Shown one piece after another: positions 18,356-28,913 of a stretch of DNA of 64,000 bases. How positions within the stretch are numbered: the stretch's first letter is position 1; the number at the start of each line of letters is the position of its first letter. The DNA comes from Verrucomicrobiota bacterium. GTDB lineage: Bacteria > Verrucomicrobiota > Verrucomicrobiia > Verrucomicrobiales > DEV007. The position numbers and the translations under genes are program-made. Under the pieces are notes generated by a model that saw only the letters and a list, made by a program, of their open reading frames with translations, had not been told where the DNA came from and did not search any database. The stretch is taken from NCBI GenBank assembly GCA_045046875.1, contig JASFYY010000149.1, positions 1-64,000 on the forward strand, read 5' to 3'.

Positions 18356-20188
18356 ATGAAAAATCACAACCCACCTATTCAGCATCGTTACTCCTCATGG
18401 AAAACTTACAAAGCGCTTCTTTTCATCATCGTTACACTCAGCGGTATTATCCTCTCCAGTCAAGCTGAAGAAAAACCGCATCAAGGGTCGCCCAACGATT
18501 TTCGCAAAAAGAACAAACGAGGGCCGGAAACTTCCAAATCTGTCACCGGCCCTTCCGGAACGATACGAATGGGTATCCGTTCGGTCGAGTTTCCCGAAGA
18601 GTTCCGAACCATTGATGGCTCTGGCAACAATTCCACCCATCTTGAATGGGGGGCCACCGAAATTCCTTTTCTGCGTAAAACCACGGTGGATTATGCCGAC
18701 GGGGTCGACGCCCCCTCGGGAGCCGAACGCCCCAACGCGCGTGCTATCAGCAATGCGGTTTGCGCTCAAGAATACCCCATCTTTAACCGCCACGGAGCTT
18801 CCGACTACTTATGGCAATGGGGACAATTCCTCGATCACGACATCACTCTCACCCCAATCTCCGATATCAGCGATCCTTTTAATATCAAAGTGCCTTCAGG
18901 AGATCCTTATTTCGACCCTCAAGGCAGTGGCACCGTTGAGATTTCTTTAGACCGGTCCTACAACGAACTCATAGACGGTGTTCGCGAACAACTCAACGAA
19001 ATCACCGCCTACATCGATGCCTCTAATGTGTATGGATCGGATACTGAACGAGCTGAAGAACTGCGACAGCTTGACGGCAGTGGCCAATTGAAAAGCAGCA
19101 AAGGGAATTTGTTGCCATTCAATGTCAACGGCCTGCCCAATGCCCCATCCGATGATGCCCCTGACTTTTTCCTTGCTGGAGATTTTCGCGCCAACGAACA
19201 AAGCGGACTCACCGCCATGCACACTTTATTCATGCGCGAACACAACTACTGGGCAAAAAGTATTGCCAAAGCCAATTCCAGTTTGAATGGTGATCAAATT
19301 TACCAACTGGCTCGATCCATTGTCGGAGCGGAGATTCAAATCATCACCTACCGAGAATTCCTACCCTTTCTACTGGGTCCAAAATCCCTACCTCCTTATC
19401 AAGGCTATCGAGATGATGTGAACCCTGGCATCTCCAATGTATTCGCTAGCGCATCCTATCGCTTTGGCCACAGCATGTTGTCTGCCAGCATACTGCGTTT
19501 GGATAGGCGGTTGGAAGAAATCGACGAGGGCCATCTTGATCTGGCCTCGGCATTTTTCAACCCCGATGCTATTCTCAACGAAGGCGGCATCGACCCAATC
19601 CTACGAGGCCTCGCCCATCAACCCGCTCAAGAGATCGACACGCTCGTCGTAAATGATGTGCGTAATTTCCTTTTTGGTCCTCCCGGAGCAGGCGGCCTCG
19701 ATCTTGCGGCACTCAATATCCAGCGCGGACGCGATCACGGTCTGCCCGGCTATAATGAAGTGAGACGCAATTTTGGATTGCCCGCCGCAATTAGCTTTTC
19801 TGACATCACACCTGACGTCAGTTTGCAGCAGCGCTTGGCAGCAATATACGGAGACATCGAAAAAGTGGACGCCTGGGTCGGCGGACTGGCCGAACCGCAC
19901 TTGCCAGATGCCCTGGTTGGAGAAACCAACTCCGCCGTGTTGCGGGATCAATTTCTCAGACTTCGAGACGGCGATCGTTTTTGGTATCAAAACCATCTGA
20001 ACAAAAAATTGCAAAAATTACTCGAAAGCCAAACCCTCTCCAAAATCATTCACCGCAATACCAAGATCGGACGCGAACTTCCTACTAATGTTTTTGTGAC
20101 CCGCCGTCCACCCACTCATTCAAAAATGGGTGCCGGACACGGCCCTCCTCCCTCTCATCGCGGCAACGACAAACGCCGTCGCAGATAA
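18356..20188 (+). CDS. Animal-type heme peroxidase (peroxidase-cyclooxygenase superfamily), probably secreted
   Basis: RTIDGSGNN, WGQFLDHD (distal His), GDFRANEQ (distal Arg), YRFGHS (proximal His), NIQRGRDHG, LRDGDRFWY; hydrophobic N-terminal segment. Confidence 0.92.
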   Translation: MKNHNPPIQHRYSSWKTYKALLFIIVTLSGIILSSQAEEKPHQGSPNDFRKKNKRGPETSKSVTGPSGTIRMGIRSVEFPEEFRTIDGSGNNSTHLEWGATEIPFLRKTTVDYADGVDAPSGAERPNARAISNAVCAQEYPIFNRHGASDYLWQWGQFLDHDITLTPISDISDPFNIKVPSGDPYFDPQGSGTVEISLDRSYNELIDGVREQLNEITAYIDASNVYGSDTERAEELRQLDGSGQLKSSKGNLLPFNVNGLPNAPSDDAPDFFLAGDFRANEQSGLTAMHTLFMREHNYWAKSIAKANSSLNGDQIYQLARSIVGAEIQIITYREFLPFLLGPKSLPPYQGYRDDVNPGISNVFASASYRFGHSMLSASILRLDRRLEEIDEGHLDLASAFFNPDAILNEGGIDPILRGLAHQPAQEIDTLVVNDVRNFLFGPPGAGGLDLAALNIQRGRDHGLPGYNEVRRNFGLPAAISFSDITPDVSLQQRLAAIYGDIEKVDAWVGGLAEPHLPDALVGETNSAVLRDQFLRLRDGDRFWYQNHLNKKLQKLLESQTLSKIIHRNTKIGRELPTNVFVTRRPPTHSKMGAGHGPPPSHRGNDKRRRR

Positions 20189-20284
20189 ACCGCCCTATTT
20201 TCTCCTACGATGAATCATCTGATTTCACTTGAAGAAAAGACACCTGTCGACCAATCTGTAAGTCCCCTCGAATCGGGGGGACTT

Positions 20285-20962
20285 ATGAAAGTGCTGGTAG
20301 TCGAAGATCATGAACGAATCGCCTCCTTTGTCAAAAAAGGCCTCAAGGAGCAAGGTTTTGTCGTGGATACGGCAAACAATGGTGACGATGGTTACGCACT
20401 GGCCCTGACCGAGCCCTACGACGCAATCGTGCTCGACATCATGCTGCCCGGTCGGGACGGGCTTAGCATTCTGAAAAATATCCGCAAAAAGGGCAACTCG
20501 GTTCCTGTCATTTTATTGACCGCCCGCAGTGAATTGGATGAAAGGCTCGAAGGTCTGAATCTGGGTGCAGACGACTATTTGACCAAACCTTTTTATATAG
20601 AAGAACTGATTGCCCGGCTGCACACCGTGGTGAGACGATCTAGCGGAAAAGCCACTCACCTGCTAAAAGTGGACGACCTTTGCATGAACCTAGTCGCTCA
20701 TACCGTGGTTCGGGCTAATGAAGAAATCAATCTCACCATGAGGGAATTCTCCTTGCTCGAATTCCTACTACGGTCTCCGGGACGGGTCCTGAGCCGAATG
20801 CAAATTTGCGAACACGTCTGGAATTACACTTTTGATCCTGATACCAATTTGGTCGATGTTTACATTCAGCGCATTCGCAAAAAAGTGGACAAGCAATTTC
20901 AAGTAAAGCTGATCGAAACCGTTCGCGGCATGGGTTACCGCATTCGCAGCGATAAAAAATAG
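20285..20962 (+). CDS. OmpR/CusR-family response regulator
   Basis: VLVVED, LDIMLPG, GADDYLTKPF, winged-helix end ETVRGMGY. Confidence 0.93.
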   Translation: MKVLVVEDHERIASFVKKGLKEQGFVVDTANNGDDGYALALTEPYDAIVLDIMLPGRDGLSILKNIRKKGNSVPVILLTARSELDERLEGLNLGADDYLTKPFYIEELIARLHTVVRRSSGKATHLLKVDDLCMNLVAHTVVRANEEINLTMREFSLLEFLLRSPGRVLSRMQICEHVWNYTFDPDTNLVDVYIQRIRKKVDKQFQVKLIETVRGMGYRIRSDKK

Positions 20963-20989
20963 CCACGCAACCGCCCTCCTCCATCCTGC

Positions 20990-22552
20990 ATGCGCTCTCT
21001 CCGTACAAAACTCGTAGTCCTGTCCACTCTGATATCCGGAGTAACGATCATCGGTTTAGGTGCGCTCTCCTGGATCTCAACGGCGAACACTTATCGCCAC
21101 AGCATAGACCTGCAACTGGAGGAAAAAGTTCGCCGGGTCATGCGAGGCTTACATCCACGGATGGACCAAGCTCAATTGCGCGATCATCTGCAGATCAGTT
21201 TCGGCGATGAGATCGAAGAGGGTCTGCGTTTTATCAGAGTGGTAGACGAAATTGATGAAACCGTGCTTTTTGAAGGGCCCTCCCAGCAAATCTGGGTGAA
21301 ACAACTTCCCCTTATTTTTCAAAAATCTGACCACGAACTGCCTGCGCGCTCCGAACAAATGGCCGCATCGCCCCCCCCCCAACATAGAATGAGAAGGCGC
21401 CTGCGTCTGGGTCACCAGGATTCACAAAACAGACACCATCCGCCCTTCCCCCCGGACAAAGCACCTCCTCCACATGGAGAAAACGAATCCATCACTCATT
21501 TTGAAACCAGCCGCATCAATGGTGATCTCTGGCGCTTCGCGATTAATCGCCAGCGCGGTTACGCCGTGCTGATGGGCCTCGAACTCAGTCGGGCTCAATC
21601 GGACTTGAATCAACTCGGCACCCTCTATTTGATATCCATCCCCATTGCTCTTTGCCTGATAGGGATCGGCGGATGGTTGGTCGCCGACCGCACACTGCGT
21701 CCGCTTCGTTTGATCACAAAAACGGCACGCCTCATTTCTGCGGAAGAACTCAATTCAAGGATCCCTGAAAACCCTCGCAACGATGCCGAAATAGCTGAGC
21801 TGACCAGTGTTCTGAACGCCATGATGGAACGTTTGGAAAAAAGTTTTTTCCTCGCCAATCGTTTCAGTGCCGATGTTTCCCATGAACTCAAAACCCCGAT
21901 TGCCATTATGCAAGGCGAGGTGGAATCCGCTTTGAAAGAATGCGACGCAGAATCAAGACACGAGCAAAACCTCACTGTGATCCGTGACGAAATTCAACGT
22001 CTTAAAGCCATCACCAGGGAACTCATGCTGCTCGCGCAAGCAGATATCGGTCAACTGATTCGAAAAATGGAAGTATTCGATTTATCAGAAGAAGTCGAAG
22101 CTCTTGCCGAAGACGCTCGTATTCTCACAAAAGAAGCCAACCTCACTCTGGATTCCCAAATCGAAGCCCAAATCCAAATCAAAGGAGACTCGGTGTTAAT
22201 CCGTCAAGCTTTGCTTAATCTTATTGTCAACGCGATCAAATACAATCACCCCGAGGGCACCGTACGAATTATCTTAACCTTGGAAAAACCAGACCTCCTC
22301 CTTTTTGCAGTGGAAAATACCGGCCCGGGAATTCCCGTTGATGACCGGGAAAAGGTATTTCAACGCTTTCACCGAGGAGACAAAGCCCGCACCCGGGACG
22401 TCGAAGGTTTTGGACTGGGGCTCTGTCTCGCTTTGGAGATTATCCGGGGACACTCGGGTGAATTAAAATTAAGCCAGGCAGATGAAAAAATCACCCGCTT
22501 CGAAATCACCTTGCCAACCGTACCTTCCGAGCTCCCTGAAAATAAAATTTAA
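20990..22552 (+). CDS. Sensor histidine kinase (2 TM, HAMP, HisKA, HATPase)
   Basis: SHELKTP, NLIVNAIKY, NTGPGI, FQRFHR, GFGLGL. Confidence 0.93.
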   Translation: MRSLRTKLVVLSTLISGVTIIGLGALSWISTANTYRHSIDLQLEEKVRRVMRGLHPRMDQAQLRDHLQISFGDEIEEGLRFIRVVDEIDETVLFEGPSQQIWVKQLPLIFQKSDHELPARSEQMAASPPPQHRMRRRLRLGHQDSQNRHHPPFPPDKAPPPHGENESITHFETSRINGDLWRFAINRQRGYAVLMGLELSRAQSDLNQLGTLYLISIPIALCLIGIGGWLVADRTLRPLRLITKTARLISAEELNSRIPENPRNDAEIAELTSVLNAMMERLEKSFFLANRFSADVSHELKTPIAIMQGEVESALKECDAESRHEQNLTVIRDEIQRLKAITRELMLLAQADIGQLIRKMEVFDLSEEVEALAEDARILTKEANLTLDSQIEAQIQIKGDSVLIRQALLNLIVNAIKYNHPEGTVRIILTLEKPDLLLFAVENTGPGIPVDDREKVFQRFHRGDKARTRDVEGFGLGLCLALEIIRGHSGELKLSQADEKITRFEITLPTVPSELPENKI

Positions 22553-22620
22553 CCTTTCTATCATTTTAATCTTTGCATCCGTGGCGTGATGTTGTTGTCT
22601 AAGGAAATTCTGATTATATA

Positions 22621-23340
22621 ATGCAAAGACAGTTCAAGCGTGTGGTTCTGAAACTGAGTGGTGAAGCCTTACGAGAGGAGGGCAGTCAGGATAATATTTC
22701 CCCGGAGATTGTCGAGGCCATCGCCGAACAAATCAAAGCCGCCCAACAAACCGGCCTCGAAATCGCTCTGGTGGTGGGAGGTGGCAACTTCTGGCGCGGC
22801 ATCAGCGCCAGCAACCGTGGCATGGAACGTGCCACTGCAGACTACATGGGCATGCTGGCGACCGTGATGAATGCGCTCGCCCTGCAAAGCATGCTCGAAG
22901 CTCTCGGCGTCCCTACCCGGGTTCAATCCGCGATCGAAATGAAAAACGTCGCCGAGACTTTTATCCGCCGCGAAGCGATCCGCCATCTGGAACTCGGTCG
23001 CATCGTTATTTTCGCCGCCGGTACCGGCAATCCTTTTTTCTCCACCGATACCACCGCCGCCCTGCGGGCGAATGAGATCGGTGCCGACGCCATCCTCAAA
23101 GCCACCAAGGTCGATGGCATCTACGACAAAGACCCCAACAAACACCCCGACGCCAAGCGCTACGAAAAAATCACCTTCACCGAAGCCTTGACCCAGGGAT
23201 TGCAAGTGATGGACTCCACCGCCTTCAGCTTGTGCCGCGACAACAACAAACCGGTCATTATTTTTGACATGACAAAACCGGAAAACATCCGCCTCGCATT
23301 GACCGGAGAGCCATTGGGGTCATTAGTATATGCAGACTAA
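22621..23340 (+). CDS. pyrH: Uridylate kinase
   Basis: [32 protein letters not shown]; adjacent to frr. Confidence 0.98.
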   Translation: MQRQFKRVVLKLSGEALREEGSQDNISPEIVEAIAEQIKAAQQTGLEIALVVGGGNFWRGISASNRGMERATADYMGMLATVMNALALQSMLEALGVPTRVQSAIEMKNVAETFIRREAIRHLELGRIVIFAAGTGNPFFSTDTTAALRANEIGADAILKATKVDGIYDKDPNKHPDAKRYEKITFTEALTQGLQVMDSTAFSLCRDNNKPVIIFDMTKPENIRLALTGEPLGSLVYAD

Positions 23341-23399
23341 AAGGGCGACAGCGCCCAATAAATTATTTTTTGCCATTTATAACCAATCCTGATCAAACC

Positions 23400-23966
23400 A
23401 TGGAAGCTGATGAAATCCTACTCGTAACCGAAGACGCTATGCAAAAAGGCGTCGACTATGTGCTGCATGAAATGTCCACCGTGCGCACTGGTAAAGCCAA
23501 CCCCAGCCTGGTCGAGGGCATTGATGTGCATGTGGCCAGTTACGGCTCATCGATGAAACTCAAACAGTTGGCGATGATCTCGACCCCCGATCCTCGCATG
23601 ATCATGGTCAATCCCTTTGACCCCAGCACCCTGCAGGAAATCGAAAAAGCGATCTCCGAATCAAAGCTCGGCATCAATCCTGCCGTCGATGGCAAAATTA
23701 TCCGCCTGCCAATTCCCGAGCTTTCCCATGAACGACGTCAGAACCTGGTCAAAGTCGTCAAGGATATGGCCGAACAGGGGCGCGTCCGCGTCCGTGCCTC
23801 GCGTCACGAAGGCATGGACAAACTCAAATCCGGCCAGAAATCGGGCGATATCACTGAAGACAATTTCCACGATATGGAAAAAGAGGTGCAAAAGCTGACC
23901 GACAAATACGTCAAAGCGATCAACGACCACTTCGACCACAAGGAAAAAGAAATCCTGACGGTTTAG
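23400..23966 (+). CDS. frr: Ribosome recycling factor
   Basis: RTGKANP, LGINP, IPELSHERR, HKEKEIL; pyrH-frr synteny. Confidence 0.97.
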   Translation: MEADEILLVTEDAMQKGVDYVLHEMSTVRTGKANPSLVEGIDVHVASYGSSMKLKQLAMISTPDPRMIMVNPFDPSTLQEIEKAISESKLGINPAVDGKIIRLPIPELSHERRQNLVKVVKDMAEQGRVRVRASRHEGMDKLKSGQKSGDITEDNFHDMEKEVQKLTDKYVKAINDHFDHKEKEILTV

Positions 23967-23969
23967 GAA

Positions 23970-24641
23970 ATGAATTCGAGCTTTGCTGCCAGTCAATACC
24001 TCGACCTCGATCACTGCGAACACAGTGACTTGTTCGTCGAAGGCGAGCCAGCTTGGACCGCCATATCACGCATCGCAGACTATCTGCAATCAGCTCTCGC
24101 CAAACTCAACGGTGAGCGCCTGAATGGTGATATCCACCCGCGTGCGATCATCGGGAACGACGTTTACATCGGCCCCGGCACGGTGGTGGAAGCCAACGCC
24201 ATCATCAATGGCCCGGCTCTAATCGGCAGCAACTGCACCGTGCGCAGTGGAGCTTATATACGCGAAAACGTCATCGCCGGCGATGGCGTGATGATGGGCA
24301 ATTCCTCGGAATTTAAAAACTGCCTGCTATTTGATCAAAGCGCTGTGCCTCACTTCAACTATGTCGGGGACTCGATCCTCGGTTACAAAGCCCACCTCGG
24401 GGCTGGCGTGGTTTTATCCAACGTACGCCTGGATCGCGTTGAAGTTAAAGTGCGTTTACCGGAAGGCGGACAAATCAATACCGGTCTAAAAAAGTTTGCT
24501 GCCATCATCGGCGACCAGTCAGAGATTGGTTGCAACTCGGTCCTGAGCCCCGGCAGCCTGATCGGTAAAAATTGCGTAATTTACCCCTGCACCCATTGGA
24601 TAGGAGTGCTGGCCGAAGGAAGAACCGTGAAAAACCCCTAA
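23970..24641 (+). CDS. Hexapeptide-repeat acyltransferase (GlmU C-terminal-like)
   Basis: Left-handed beta-helix repeats, PHFNYVGDSILG, IIGDQSEIGCNSVL. Confidence 0.85.
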   Translation: MNSSFAASQYLDLDHCEHSDLFVEGEPAWTAISRIADYLQSALAKLNGERLNGDIHPRAIIGNDVYIGPGTVVEANAIINGPALIGSNCTVRSGAYIRENVIAGDGVMMGNSSEFKNCLLFDQSAVPHFNYVGDSILGYKAHLGAGVVLSNVRLDRVEVKVRLPEGGQINTGLKKFAAIIGDQSEIGCNSVLSPGSLIGKNCVIYPCTHWIGVLAEGRTVKNP

Positions 24642-24667
24642 CTTCTCACCTTATACCTAGTTTCACC

Positions 24668-25768
24668 TTGCCGGATCCGCTCACCTCTTTTCTCACGGAT
24701 CTGTTTGATAATCAAACCGGGCTCATCTCATTCGAGCGTTTCATGCAAGAAGCGCTTTACCATCCTCAATTTGGATATTACACCGCACAGATCCGCAGCC
24801 TCGGCGGACGCAGTGGAGACTTCACCACCACCCCTGAACTATCAAAACTGCCCGCCCAAGCCATCGCTGCGTGGGTCATGGGAGAAGCCAACGCTTCACC
24901 CGTTTTTCAACAAGCCAAAACCCTGCACGTTATCGAAATCGGCTGTGGTGACGGATCTCTGGCTCACGAAATTTTTCAATCGTGGAGCTGGTGGCAGCGA
25001 CGACGCATTCGCTACCATCTGGTCGAGATCTCTCCTGTGCTGCGCTCGCGCCAGCAAGAAAAACTGCGGCGACAAAAAAAACGCTGTCAATGGCATGACA
25101 ACATCCACAGCGCATTGGAAGCTGCCAACGGACAAGCCCTGGTATTTTCCAACGAATTGATCGATGCCTTTCCCGTCACCGCCATACGCTGGGATGCAGA
25201 TGAGCAACAATGGAATGAACTGCATTTGCGATTTGATCAAAAAACGGGTTTGCAGGAGGTCTTCGTCCCGCTCGCAAAAAGCCTCTCAAACGAGCAAAAA
25301 AAAACCTGCTCGATTTTACAGGAATCAACCGACAAACTCAAAAACGGCGAGCGCAGGGAGTTTCACGCCAGCGCCCGCAAGTGGCTGGAATCTTGGGCCG
25401 ACCAGTTGCGACACGGATCCTTACTGACCATCGACTACGGAGAACAAGTAGGTTCTCTATACCACCGTCGGCCCGCTGGCACCCTCAGAGCATACTATCA
25501 ACACCAACATCTCACCGGCCCCGCCATCTACCAGCGCTTTGGTCGTCAGGATCTGACCGCCGACGTAAACTTCACCGACTTGGAAAATTGGGGACAGGAT
25601 TTAGATCTGCAACCGATCCGACTTGAAACGCTGGGCCAATTCATCCAGCGCCATGCCGCTCCAGCAAACACAAAATCCCCGCGGCAATCCCTCGATGCCG
25701 ACCGCTTTGTGATAGATCCCATCGGCAGCGGCGGATCCTTCCAAACTCTACTGCAACGTAAATCGTGA
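24668..25768 (+). CDS. MidA/NDUFAF7-family SAM-dependent methyltransferase
   Basis: FMQEALYHP.GYY, GDFTT, EIGCGDG, SNELIDAFP, IDYG, QDLTADVNF. Start uncertain (TTG 24668). Confidence 0.85.
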   Translation: MPDPLTSFLTDLFDNQTGLISFERFMQEALYHPQFGYYTAQIRSLGGRSGDFTTTPELSKLPAQAIAAWVMGEANASPVFQQAKTLHVIEIGCGDGSLAHEIFQSWSWWQRRRIRYHLVEISPVLRSRQQEKLRRQKKRCQWHDNIHSALEAANGQALVFSNELIDAFPVTAIRWDADEQQWNELHLRFDQKTGLQEVFVPLAKSLSNEQKKTCSILQESTDKLKNGERREFHASARKWLESWADQLRHGSLLTIDYGEQVGSLYHRRPAGTLRAYYQHQHLTGPAIYQRFGRQDLTADVNFTDLENWGQDLDLQPIRLETLGQFIQRHAAPANTKSPRQSLDADRFVIDPIGSGGSFQTLLQRKS

Positions 25769-25826
25769 ATTCACTTGCCTCTCTGCCCATCAATAGCCAG
25801 TATAACGCCCCGATTCATTCCATACT

Positions 25827-26561
25827 GTGAGCTCTCCAGACTACCATCGCAATCCCCTGCCTCCCGTGCCAGGTGCCACCGCGCCTCTCGCAGACGTCCC
25901 TTCGCAATCTCTACAAACCGCCCCGGCGCAACATCTCCCTCAAGCGCGCAAAACTCCCCGCTCCGCAGTCCTCAGTCTGCTCTGCGGTCTGATGGCTTTT
26001 TTTACCATCCTCATTTTTGTCGGTGCTTTTTTTGCCCTCATCGCCGTCATCTCCGGTCACGTGGCGCTCAACCGCATCCGCCATTCCTCCGGACGTCTCG
26101 CAGGAGACGGCCTGGCCATGACCGGAATCGTAATGGGCTATCTCGCTCTGGTCGCCACTTCCGGATTAATGCTACTGGTCTTGTTTTTTTATCAACCGGC
26201 AGGTCATTATCTGACTCAATACCAACAACAACAAAGCATGCGCCACGCCTCACGGCTCTACTTCGCTGCCGAGTCCTACGCCCGCGACCACCGCGGAGCT
26301 TATCCCAAACAATGGGACGATCTACAAGGCCGCTACATCAATGCCCTCGATCTCGAAGATTGCCTGGACAGCGTTTATTCCTTCAAAAAATCACCTCAAC
26401 CGCAAGCCGCCTTCAAAATAGTCAGTCATCAGCGCCCGGTATTGCCCGCCGCATCCACCCAAGTCGTTGTCATTCAGGAAATCGCCCCAGCTCACATCGA
26501 CTCGATCACCGTCGTTTATGCCGATGGCAATACTGAACTCATCGCCAACCCCAACCGCTAA
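25827..26561 (+). CDS. DUF4190-domain membrane protein
   Basis: AVLSLLCG...AVISGHVALNRI...GDGLAMTGIVMGY, followed by a pilin-like periplasmic part. Confidence 0.75.
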   Translation: MSSPDYHRNPLPPVPGATAPLADVPSQSLQTAPAQHLPQARKTPRSAVLSLLCGLMAFFTILIFVGAFFALIAVISGHVALNRIRHSSGRLAGDGLAMTGIVMGYLALVATSGLMLLVLFFYQPAGHYLTQYQQQQSMRHASRLYFAAESYARDHRGAYPKQWDDLQGRYINALDLEDCLDSVYSFKKSPQPQAAFKIVSHQRPVLPAASTQVVVIQEIAPAHIDSITVVYADGNTELIANPNR

Positions 26562-26597
26562 TTATCAATTGATAATTAATAATTAATCACTAATAAT
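26559..26597. repeat. 20-bp perfect AT-rich palindrome within a heptamer-periodic tract
   Basis: TAATTATCAATTGATAATTA (26559-26578) is its own reverse complement and continues as AATTAAT-like units up to the lysA start region. Confidence 0.75.
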
Positions 26598-26605
26598 TGC
26601 TCCTC

Positions 26606-27910
26606 ATGCACTCTTTTTGTTACAACACCGGCAGCCTGCACTGTGAAGACGTCGATCTCCAGGATCTGGTCAAACAGCACGGCACCCCGCTTTACGTTTA
26701 CAGCCAGGCAACCATTGTCGATCACTTCACTCGACTCGACTCAGCTCTCGACGGCGTGGATCACCAGATCTGTTATGCCACCAAAGCCAATTCCAACCTC
26801 GCCGTGCTGAATCTGCTCGCCCAACGCGGAGCTGGATTTGACATCGTTTCCGGTGGTGAACTTTTTCGTATCATCAAAGCAGGTGGAGACCCGGCAAAAT
26901 GCACCTTTGCCGGAGTAGGCAAAACCCGCAGCGAAATCGAATACGCACTGGAACAAGGTATCGGCTGTTTTAACGCCGAATCAGAAGCCGAAGTGAGACG
27001 ACTCAATCAAATCGCCGGAGAGATGGGGAAAAAAGCTCCTATCGCGCTGCGAGTGAACCCCAACGTCGATGCCAAAACCCACAAATACATTTCCACTGGC
27101 AAAAGTGACAATAAATTCGGCATCAATTTCGAATCCATTCCCGACGCCTACGCGCGGGCAGCCGAGCTTCCCAACATCACCCTGCGTGGAGTTCAGATGC
27201 ACATCGGATCCCAACTGACTTCCGTTGATCCCTTTATCGAAGCAATCAAAAAAGTCACGCCTTTAGTCAAAGACCTGAAAGCCAAATACGGCATCGAATT
27301 TTTCTCCATCGGCGGCGGCATTGGCATCGTTTACGAGGACACCCTCAGCAGTCATGACCAATCCTGGTGGGCACCGGATTCTTCCGACGAGGGCAAAAGC
27401 ACCCCCATCACCATCGAAGCCTACGCCCAAGCCGTGCTTCCTCTGCTCAAACCACTCGACCTGACCATCTTCCTCGAACCCGGTCGACTGATCGCCGGCA
27501 ATGCAGGGGTATTGCTCACCGAAGTGCTTTACGAAAAAAAGGGTGGTAGCAAAACTTTCGAAATTATCGACGCTGGCATGAACGATCTCATCCGCCCGGC
27601 TCTCTACCAAGGTCACCACGACATCGTTCCGGTCAAAGAACCCTCGTCACCCGACACTGCCCCTGTGGACATCGTTGGACCGGTCTGCGAAAGCGGTGAT
27701 TTTTTCGCCCAGGATCGCGAATTACCCAAGCTGGCCGAGGGCGACGTGATCGCTGTGCTCAGTGCCGGAGCCTACGGTTTTGTGATGGCGTCCAACTACA
27801 ACTCACGCCCCTTCCCCGCCGAAATCCTGGTCGATGGTGCCCAGTCCCACGTGATCCGCCAACGCCAGACTTACGACGATCTCATCGCCGGTGAAATTAT
27901 CCCTGAATAA
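26606..27910 (+). CDS. lysA: Diaminopimelate decarboxylase
   Basis: YATKAN (PLP Lys), HIGSQ, EPGR, GPVCESGD, GAYG, SNYNSR. Confidence 0.95.
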   Translation: MHSFCYNTGSLHCEDVDLQDLVKQHGTPLYVYSQATIVDHFTRLDSALDGVDHQICYATKANSNLAVLNLLAQRGAGFDIVSGGELFRIIKAGGDPAKCTFAGVGKTRSEIEYALEQGIGCFNAESEAEVRRLNQIAGEMGKKAPIALRVNPNVDAKTHKYISTGKSDNKFGINFESIPDAYARAAELPNITLRGVQMHIGSQLTSVDPFIEAIKKVTPLVKDLKAKYGIEFFSIGGGIGIVYEDTLSSHDQSWWAPDSSDEGKSTPITIEAYAQAVLPLLKPLDLTIFLEPGRLIAGNAGVLLTEVLYEKKGGSKTFEIIDAGMNDLIRPALYQGHHDIVPVKEPSSPDTAPVDIVGPVCESGDFFAQDRELPKLAEGDVIAVLSAGAYGFVMASNYNSRPFPAEILVDGAQSHVIRQRQTYDDLIAGEIIPE

Positions 27911-28878
27911 TGGGCAGCAGCTTATCAAGCTGTCCATACCAAATCGTTCCTCTCATGAAAAAGCTGCTCGAAGAATCCCCCCTCATTCTTGCCGAGGCAG
28001 CGATTGCCGAGCGTCTGCGACGCATGGAAGACGTGACCCTGCACCCATTACTTTTTAATACCCCCTTGATTTACGATCCTGTTGGCGCTCAAAAAATGAG
28101 TGCTCTTTATTTCCAATACATCGACCTGGCCCGGCACCACCAACTCCCCCTATTGCTGGCAGCCCCCACCTGGCGACTGGATCAAGATCGCATCACACAA
28201 GCCGACGTTCCATCCACCATCAATACCGACGCAGTTAACTACATGCTCACGCTGCGTGACCAGGCGCTGAAAAAAACCGTAAGTCCTCCGATCAAAGTCG
28301 GTGGACTGCTCGGACCAAAAAACGATTGTTACTCCCCCGAACAAGCTCTTTCCATCGAAGAAGCCGGAGCCTTCCACCAAAAACAAGCCCGGGAACTGAG
28401 CGCAGCTGGAGTGGACTTTCTCGACGCCCAAACCCTGCCGTCCGTAAGTGAAGCCCTGGGGCTGGCCCGTGCGATGACCGCCACCGGGACGCCTTCCATC
28501 GTCAGCTTCTGCATCAATCGCCAGGGACAAGTGCTCGACGGCCACTCTCTTGAAGAAGCCATTCGCCTGATTGATTCCCAACTCGACCAGCCACTGCTCG
28601 GGTACATGGTCAACTGCGCCTACCCCGCCTTTCTCTGCCCCGAGCAACAAAGCGAATTTGTCTTCTCCCGACTGATCGGCTTCCAAGCCAACGCCTCCTC
28701 CCTCGACACCTGCGATCTCGAAAAAGCCAGCGAAACGCAGCAGGATTCTCTCGAAGACTGGGGTGACCGGATGATCCAGCTCAATCAAAAATACCGCCTA
28801 CCCATCCTCGGTGGTTGCTGCGGAACCACCGACGAACACTTGCGTTACATAGCCGAAAACACAAGTTGCTCGACCTGA
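27910..28878 (+). CDS. Homocysteine S-methyltransferase family protein
   Basis: VNCAYP and GGCCGT Zn-ligand motifs. Start either overlaps the lysA stop (TAATG) or is at 27955. Confidence 0.85.
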   Translation: MGSSLSSCPYQIVPLMKKLLEESPLILAEAAIAERLRRMEDVTLHPLLFNTPLIYDPVGAQKMSALYFQYIDLARHHQLPLLLAAPTWRLDQDRITQADVPSTINTDAVNYMLTLRDQALKKTVSPPIKVGGLLGPKNDCYSPEQALSIEEAGAFHQKQARELSAAGVDFLDAQTLPSVSEALGLARAMTATGTPSIVSFCINRQGQVLDGHSLEEAIRLIDSQLDQPLLGYMVNCAYPAFLCPEQQSEFVFSRLIGFQANASSLDTCDLEKASETQQDSLEDWGDRMIQLNQKYRLPILGGCCGTTDEHLRYIAENTSCST

Positions 28879-28913
28879 CTCCCCGCTAGTAGTAGGTGCA
28901 ACCGCCCCTACCA

